A stretch of 59,625 nucleotides of DNA from Trichomonas gallinae. Lineage: Eukaryota. The stretch lies in assembly GCA_008369845.1 (NCBI GenBank), contig MRSU01008539.1:1-59625 (forward strand), in the 5' to 3' direction. Made by a program: the position numbers and the translations under genes. The stretch's first letter is position 1. Every line of letters begins with the position of its first letter. The notes under the pieces were generated by a model that saw nothing but the letters and a program-made list of their open reading frames with translations, ran no database searches and was not told the DNA's origin. This document shows, in pieces, positions 53,094 through 59,625 of the stretch.

Positions 53094-55247
53094 TTAATTA
53101 ACTAATTTTTTCTTACCCCTCTTCTTCTTTTTAGATCTTATTGACATTCTTTCCTGCTCCATCGATTTAAGAATCGAATTTAAAGGATGTTCCTGATCAT
53201 CAGCGACAATCTTCGCAACAACCTTCGATGTTTCTTCTGCTTCTGCATCTTCAGCGTCTTCTTTATCCTTCTCGAGCTTTGCCTGAAGCCTGTGTGCCTC
53301 TTCAATCACTTGTTTAAGCTGGTCTTTCGCCACTCCAAGTTTTAGTTTAGCATCAGTGAGTTTCCCGAAAGCTTCGTTGCGCGCCTTTTCGTATTTAAGC
53401 TCTGTGCTGTTCATCCTCTCTGTCGCCTGGTTCGCCTGGTTCGTTTCCTTGGACAAATTGCGGTGAAGGTCCTGCTGCTCTTTCTCGAACTTGATTTTTA
53501 GTGATACATAATCATTGGACTTTGAAGCTGCTTTGTTCTTCAGATCTTCGAGGATATCTGTCTTCTCGTTCAATATATGGGTTTGCTGTGCGATTTCCTT
53601 CTTGTACATTTCGTCTGTCTCTTTCAGTATTACCCTCATTCTCTCCAATTCCGCTCTCGATTCTGCCAAATTCTTTTGTTCAACGTCTAAGTCTGCGTGG
53701 AGGTTGGATAAATGCTTCTCATCTTTCTGGAGTTCTTGTATCTTGCATTTGGCAATTTCTGGCACTCGGGCTTCGATATCTAGTTTATGCTGATTCAAAC
53801 ATTTCGTCAATGAGTCAAGTGCTGTGTAGGAAAAGTCATTGTAGGCCAAGTCTATTTCAGTGAGATTCATGCAATGCGAAATTGTGTTAATAAATTCATA
53901 AGCAGATTGATCTCTTAGTTCATTGTCCCTGAAATAGACTTCTGATATCTTATCATTTGACATTAGAGCTTTGGCGATTGATATTCCGCCTTCATTACCA
54001 ATTACGTTCGATGATATATTGATAGTCTCAAGATATTTGTTTTTCAGGATTATTTCTGCAATTGCCTTAGCTCCACTATCGCGAATACCACAGTCAGATA
54101 GCTCCAAATGCCTTATTGATTCATTTAAGATCAAATAATCTTTAATTTGAGCGATTCCTTCATCTTTAAGTGGGTTTCCTGATAAAACAAGCTTCTTTAG
54201 GTACTTTATCGAACGAATAAACATTTCTAACGCATAAAGAGAATCGTGTCCGATTCCATTTCTCGTTAAATTCAATGATTCAAGCTGGCATCCTTGTAAC
54301 ATTATCGATTCTAAACTCTTCAAGAACGGTCCATTCAATTGATTATCTGATAAATCAATATTACGAAGATTTGTAGCTGATAAAATTCGATTACAGAGTA
54401 ATCTAGAAATATTGGACGTTATATTATTTTTTGAGAGTATAAGTGTTTCAAGGTTACCAAAGCTTCCTTCTTTAAGCATTGCTTCAATACCTTTTGATCC
54501 AAGATCATTCGATGAAATGTTTAAGCAAAGAAGACTGTCATTTTTAGTTAAGCTAAGACCAATCAATCTGGCTCCCTCAGAAGTAATGCTGCAAAGCGAA
54601 ACATTAATTTCTCCCAAAATTTTATTTTGCACTAAACACCTCGCAAGACCTTTAGATCCTTCAGTGTCAAGTCTATTTCTGTTTGTGCCATCAATAGCGC
54701 TTAAATTTATCGAATATAAATGATTATTATTTTGAAGAGCTGAAAATATAGCTTTTGTGCCTGTAATATTAATACCTGTTGATCGAAGGTCTAAAACTAT
54801 GAGGTTTGGATCTTTTTCTAAGTAGTTAGCAATAGAAATAGCTCCTGTTTCTTGAAGGAGATTTAAAGATAAATCTAAAACGAGATATTGTGTTCCAATG
54901 AGTAATCTTGTAAATAAATCCATGCACGTTGATGAAAATCCGAATTTGGCGAAGCTTAGTATTTTGTTTTTCACATTTGATTGAAATTGTTCGACAAATT
55001 TGTCTTCTGCAGCATCTAATTGCTGAATTTCGAGCTCTTCGCACTTAATTCTGTATAATTGTCTAATGCATTTTTCCGGAAAACCGAAATAATTCAGTGA
55101 TCTTGTTAATGGCGAAGCATAATTACTGCGAACCGGTGGAAGAGTGCACGCAGCAGTATGTGGACGAGAACCCTTGTGCGAAACGACGATTCTTTGTATC
55201 TTGGAATCAATCGTTCGTCGCTTAGAGTCTGTGAGAAATCGCTTCGT
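53094..55247 (-). CDS. RNI-like leucine-rich-repeat protein with C-terminal coiled coil (717 aa if started at ACG 55247)
   Basis: LDLSLNLLQETGA, LDLRSTGI, LNISSNDLGSKG, LVLSGNPLKDEG repeats; frame stays open 91 codons upstream of the track's GTG to an ACG after TCACA Inr and an A-run. Confidence 0.85.
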   Translation of the reverse strand, partial: TKRFLTDSKRRTIDSKIQRIVVSHKGSRPHTAACTLPPVRSNYASPLTRSLNYFGFPEKCIRQLYRIKCEELEIQQLDAAEDKFVEQFQSNVKNKILSFAKFGFSSTCMDLFTRLLIGTQYLVLDLSLNLLQETGAISIANYLEKDPNLIVLDLRSTGINITGTKAIFSALQNNNHLYSINLSAIDGTNRNRLDTEGSKGLARCLVQNKILGEINVSLCSITSEGARLIGLSLTKNDSLLCLNISSNDLGSKGIEAMLKEGSFGNLETLILSKNNITSNISRLLCNRILSATNLRNIDLSDNQLNGPFLKSLESIMLQGCQLESLNLTRNGIGHDSLYALEMFIRSIKYLKKLVLSGNPLKDEGIAQIKDYLILNESIRHLELSDCGIRDSGAKAIAEIILKNKYLETINISSNVIGNEGGISIAKALMSNDKISEVYFRDNELRDQSAYEFINTISHCMNLTEIDLAYNDFSYTALDSLTKCLNQHKLDIEARVPEIAKCKIQELQKDEKHLSNLHADLDVEQKNLAESRAELERMRVILKETDEMYKKEIAQQTHILNEKTDILEDLKNKAASKSNDYVSLKIKFEKEQQDLHRNLSKETNQANQATERMNSTELKYEKARNEAFGKLTDAKLKLGVAKDQLKQVIEEAHRLQAKLEKDKEDAEDAEAEETSKVVAKIVADDQEHPLNSILKSMEQERMSIRSKKKKRGKKKLVN

Positions 55248-55621
55248 TTTTTTTTATTGTGAACGTTTTTTTTTTACATTGATTAAAGTAAAAACTCATG
55301 AAAAATTAAATATAGACATTTGATATAATAGAAATTCTATATTTTATGCCAAAATGGTTTTCTCGATTTAAAAAAGGTGCGGACACTAAAAATCCGACAT
55401 TTGTCAAAAATTCACCAAGTTAAGACTTCGTGGTGGTTTTTAAAAGTCTTTATAAAAAGTAAGACTAAATCTACCATTTCACCCAGTTAATTTTTTGTTT
55501 TTATTCGCACTATACCTACCAGGTATTTATCTGGAAACACATTCAAGTATCATTGCTCTAGTCTAGATGCAAGAAATACCTGGTCTAGAGAAAGGTGCGG
55601 TCACCTGGTCTTCCAAATTAA

Positions 55622-56670
55622 GGCTATAGATGCAGTAGGACCATAAGAGTCACATATAAAAGCTTTAAGTTATTAAGGAGCAGCAAAGTCGAAATCACAA
55701 AACAATGCCTTGATTACAGCATTGATGGCAGAGCAAAATTCATCATCAATGAATGCACGCAATATTTCAAACCAGATGAATCCACAATGAATTCATTATT
55801 TATCGCTGTACGAATTGATAATGTTGCAGCTATTGTGAAGTTGGTTAATCTTGGCGCAAATTTAGAAACAAAAAATAACCGTGGCGAAACTCCATTATTT
55901 ATAGCTGCATATTTTGATAGAGTTAAATCAATAGAAAAGCTGGTCGAGCTTGGTGCTAATATCGAAGTTTCAATAGCTAGAGGTGAAACTCCTTTGTTTG
56001 TTGCTACATACCAAAATAATATTCAATCAATCGCAAAGTTAATCGAGCTTGGTGCAAACATAAATGCTGCTATTGATTGGAAAGAGACTTCATTGTTTGT
56101 TGCTACAGGTCTCAATCATATTGAAGCTCTCACAAAGTTAGTTGAGCTTGGGGCGAATATTGAAGCAAAAGATGAAACTGGCGCGACGCCATTATTCGCT
56201 GCCACAATGAAGAATAAAGTTGAAGCAATTGAAATGTTAATCGAACTTGGTGCAAATAAAGATGCTACTGATTATTCCCAAGAAACTGCCTTATTTTCTG
56301 CTGCAAGTTTCAATCATATTGAAGCCATTACAAAGTTGGTTGAGCTTTGGTTAAAAATTGAAGCAAAAAACTCTCGTGGCGAGACCCCAATATTCAAAGC
56401 TGCAGAAGAAGGCTGTATCGAAGCTATCGAAAAGTTGATTGAGCTTGGTGCAAATATAGAAGCAACAGATGTTGATGGCAATACTCCATTAATTTTAGCT
56501 GCAAGAAGAAATAATATAGAGGTGATCGAAAAGTTGGTTGAACTAGGAGCTGACACTGAAGTAACAAATAATGATAATCCTGAAGCAATGTATAATTAAT
56601 TGAGCTTGGTGCAACTTTCGAAGTATCAGATAATTATGAAGAAGAAGAAGATAGTTAACTCGGTGCAAAA
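55622..56670 (+). pseudogene. Decaying ankyrin-repeat gene (intact core ORF 55787-56599) with DUF3447-like N-terminal remnant
   Basis: About 8 ankyrin repeats (GETPLFIAA...IEKLVELGANIEAK); in-frame upstream SFKLLRSSKVEITKQCLDYSIDGRAKFIINECTQYFKPD lacks a start; ankyrin debris LIELGATFEV follows the stop. Confidence 0.75.
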
Positions 56671-56741
56671 ATTCCATGATATTTTCAATTTTTTGTGAAT
56701 GAAAAGTATTGTTTATCCTATCGGCCTGAAAATAGTAATTA

Positions 56742-57696
56742 AATGCTAAGAATATCATGAAATCCAACATCAGAAAAAATAAATTCTATGTAAACACAAA
56801 GACAGTGCACCTCTTGATATATTGAGGGAGCACCATGATGAACAATATGATGGCAAAAAATATTATCAATGTGCCAATTGTCCTGTAATTCAATATAACA
56901 ATAAGATTTACGTTTTTTCCAGTTCCTTTTATGAATTATCATATAGTGCAATGAGCATTTTATCCAATGGTATTAAAGCTCTGCATTCATCATGTTTCTT
57001 TGAAAAATGATCGAAAACAGGTAATGGTGGTGCGGTTTTTTTTAAAGTGTGCCAGTTCTATCATTCGACATCGGTTCTGTGCAACAAATATTTCATCGAC
57101 AAAGAGCGGAATGTATTCAGCTATTAATTTATTGAATAATAACGAAAATGATAAAAATATAATTATTGAAAGTTCTGTTTCTAATTGCAATAAAACGAAT
57201 AATATGCGGAATTTTTGCATCAAATATTACGAAAAATGAACTTGTTTATTATCCAGGTTTTAAAATGAAAAATGTTAAAGATGTCGCGATAATGAATTAT
57301 ACGAATGTTGAAGGAAGTTTTCTTGATAATAGATGCAATATTGTCAAACATTCACAAGGTCGTGATGACTTTGGAACAATTTGTTCACAGGATGATGTGG
57401 TTGTGGAAGAATGCACTGTTCTTGGCCCATATGATGCAGGGAAACCTTTCTCACAATGCGACCCTGGTGGTGCAAATCTCAATATTATCAATTGCAATGT
57501 CGATAAAATGGAAGTCAAATCAACAATCGGTGGCACAATCATCACAAGAGGTAATAAGATCACAAGCAAACTGAATGCTCTTTCAGAAATAAAATTAAAT
57601 TGCGTTGCAATTCTTCCAAAAAATAAAAGAATCAAAAATGAAGAATCAGTAAAAGTATTAACTCTTCTTATGATGTTGTTTTGTTATCAGCGTTAA
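56742..57696 (+). pseudogene. Pseudogene of GGA-motif hypothetical family (related in type to 15105-15968)
   Basis: ALHSSCFFEK*SKTGNGGAVFF / frameshift / SSIIRHRFCATN...KNIIIESSVSNC / frameshift / GIFASNITKN...: one gene split over ORFs 56822, 56967 and 57166. Confidence 0.75.
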
Positions 57697-58440
57697 ATGT
57701 TATTGATCAGTATCACCTAATGTAATAACGTGCATTTAAATCAATAGAGTTATCAAACAAAATGAAGGATATTGCAGCGAAAATTGAATTCAAACCATAC
57801 AATTGCATTAAAACCGAAATATTGCTGTGACAATAGTTTATGTCTACAATTACCCTCCTTTTCCAAATCTGTTTTTATTTTTATTTTTGGCGATATTTTG
57901 TGTCGCTGATTTATATAGAGTATATTTTTCAAATTTAATTTGAATTTTTTCCATTGAATCAAATAGTAATACTTAGAAAAGGTTAACACAAATTCATACA
58001 GTATACTAGTTGAGCTATGAAATTGATTTCTCAAACTCAGCAAAAAATTCTTCCAAAAATCGGAAAACCTTCAGAAGGGAGGAAATGAATGATAATAATT
58101 TAATTAATTCTCAAAAATTAAAAGAAAAAAATTCTTAGACGTAAATATGCATTTTATAAGGTTTTATTGCTATTTAGGAGCAATTAACATATTATTGAAT
58201 CATGATTAAAAAATCCAAAAATATAAAAAGTTAGTCGTTATTAAATTTATTATTGCATTATAGTGTTATTTGGGATCAGACAATATATTGTTAATAATAT
58301 TATTAATCTTTAATTTTTCAAAATTTAGTCGCCTATATGCATATTTTTATATATTATTGCTTTTTAAAAGCAATGGAATATTATTATAACATGAAAAATA
58401 AAAAATGTATCAATGATGTGAAGTAAAATCATTAAAAATC

Positions 58441-59124
58441 ATGATTGCAGTCCTGTTCCACCTAGCACTGATAAAACATGCAGTATTCGATGTAGATGGC
58501 ACTATTCTTGATACAGAAGGTATCTTTGAAATAGCAGTTACACACATCACACAACGTCATTTTACTCCTGAGTTTAAGGAAAAGATTTCCAATAAAACAA
58601 AGCTAGATTTAGGAAAAGGTATCATGGAGTATTACAATATATCTGGAAACCCAGTAGAATTCATGCGCCAACTTGATGATCTACATGCGAAAATGATGGA
58701 GAATGTACCTTTCATGCCTGGAGTAGAGGATTTGATTAACAAATTATATGACATGAATGTTAAGCTTGCAATTGCTACAAACGCACCAAGATTTTTAATA
58801 GAAGCTAAATTGTTCAAACATCCAGATATATTCAGTAAATTTAGTGTTCTTTCAACCAGAAGTGATATTAAAAACAAAAAACCTGATCCAGAAATTTACC
58901 AGTTAACTATGAAGCGTTTCAACGCAACAGATCCTTCCGAATTTTTAGTTTTTGAAGATACAGTTAAAGGTGTCAGAGCTGCTATGACAGCTGGAATGAA
59001 ATGCATTTTGATTCCCTATAAAAACTACAAATACCAAGAAGAATTAGAAAAATTCGGAGTTACACCAACAAAGATTATTAACTCATTTAATGAGTTTAAT
59101 GTTGAAGATTTCGAATTCCAATAA
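58441..59124 (+). CDS. HAD-superfamily hydrolase (HDHD1/GS1, beta-PGM-like)
   Basis: VFDVDGTILDTE, FMPGV, AIATN, KKPDPEIY, LVFEDT..GV.AA..AGM; Inr TCATT at 58429. Confidence 0.92.
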   Translation: MIAVLFHLALIKHAVFDVDGTILDTEGIFEIAVTHITQRHFTPEFKEKISNKTKLDLGKGIMEYYNISGNPVEFMRQLDDLHAKMMENVPFMPGVEDLINKLYDMNVKLAIATNAPRFLIEAKLFKHPDIFSKFSVLSTRSDIKNKKPDPEIYQLTMKRFNATDPSEFLVFEDTVKGVRAAMTAGMKCILIPYKNYKYQEELEKFGVTPTKIINSFNEFNVEDFEFQ

Positions 59125-59166
59125 ATGTTTAATTTTTTGAGAAGAGATTAAAATCTTTCTTCATTT

Positions 59167-59227
59167 AATTTTAAATATTTCATGCGTTTTACGGGCGCGC
59201 AAGCACGCATGAAAATATTATAAAATT
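59167..59227. repeat. Imperfect palindrome / hairpin with GC-rich loop
   Basis: TTTCATGCGT (59178-59187) pairs perfectly with ACGCATGAAA (59205-59214); AT-rich arms extend with small bulges. Confidence 0.7.
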
Positions 59228-59625
59228 GTCCAATCATATGATTATTTTCATTTTAAAACGATAGTTTTTTTGAATTGAAAATAATCGTTGTTATTTTCTA
59301 TATTATTCAATTTTGAGCGTTTAAAATCAATCATTCGAAATATCATAAATAAAAATATATAGTTGTTTTAATATAGTTTTGCTTTCATCATCGTTTTTGG
59401 ATAAACTTTTTGAAAACATTATCAAAAATCCAGCATTAACCTTAAATATAAAATCCAACAAATAAGGTTATTCCAACAACATTATATATTTATTCCAATA
59501 TCAAATGCTTTTATTTTTATCATCAATTTCAAAGATATCAATTAGAAAGTAGTATATGAAGTGTGATATATAGGTTTACTTAAAATTCTTCAGTGTAGGG
59601 CTCGTTTCTCCGTTCCTCTCCCTCC

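Noticed and set aside
2312..57696. Stop-codon reassignment explaining in-frame TGA/TAA in broken ORFs
   Set aside because: Intact genes end in TAA, TAG and TGA and contain no internal stops; most broken ORFs also have frameshifts, so they are pseudogenes.
1..59625. Intact transposase, integrase, reverse transcriptase or Maverick genes
   Set aside because: No ORF shows recognisable DDE, tyrosine-recombinase, RT or PolB motifs.

Overview
AT-rich, gene-dense eukaryotic DNA with no detected introns. It is most consistent with a parabasalid protist (Trichomonas-like). This is inferred from Inr-type TCAY(T/W) elements just before start codons, eukaryotic and flagellar genes (CFAP57, BBS5, Rab, SmB, CapZ, eIF4A/4E, Uba3) and typical ankyrin and GGAI-family hypothetical genes. 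The window holds about 24 intact CDSs, several decayed pseudogenes and one tRNA-Cys(GCA). Most notable: (1) a ~1 kb segment carrying a pseudogenised ORF lies between the intact tRNA-Cys and a 26-bp duplicate of its 3' end, an attL/attR-like layout suggesting tRNA-targeted integration; (2) an 11-bp motif, TGHYRYGTAAA (reverse TTTACRYRDCA), occurs about 35 times in mostly co-oriented intergenic clusters; (3) two otherwise intact genes have a near-cognate codon (TTG, ACG) where the ATG should follow the Inr; (4) a non-canonical eIF4E and a probably inactive transmembrane cyclase are present. All calls come from reading the sequence; no searches were run.
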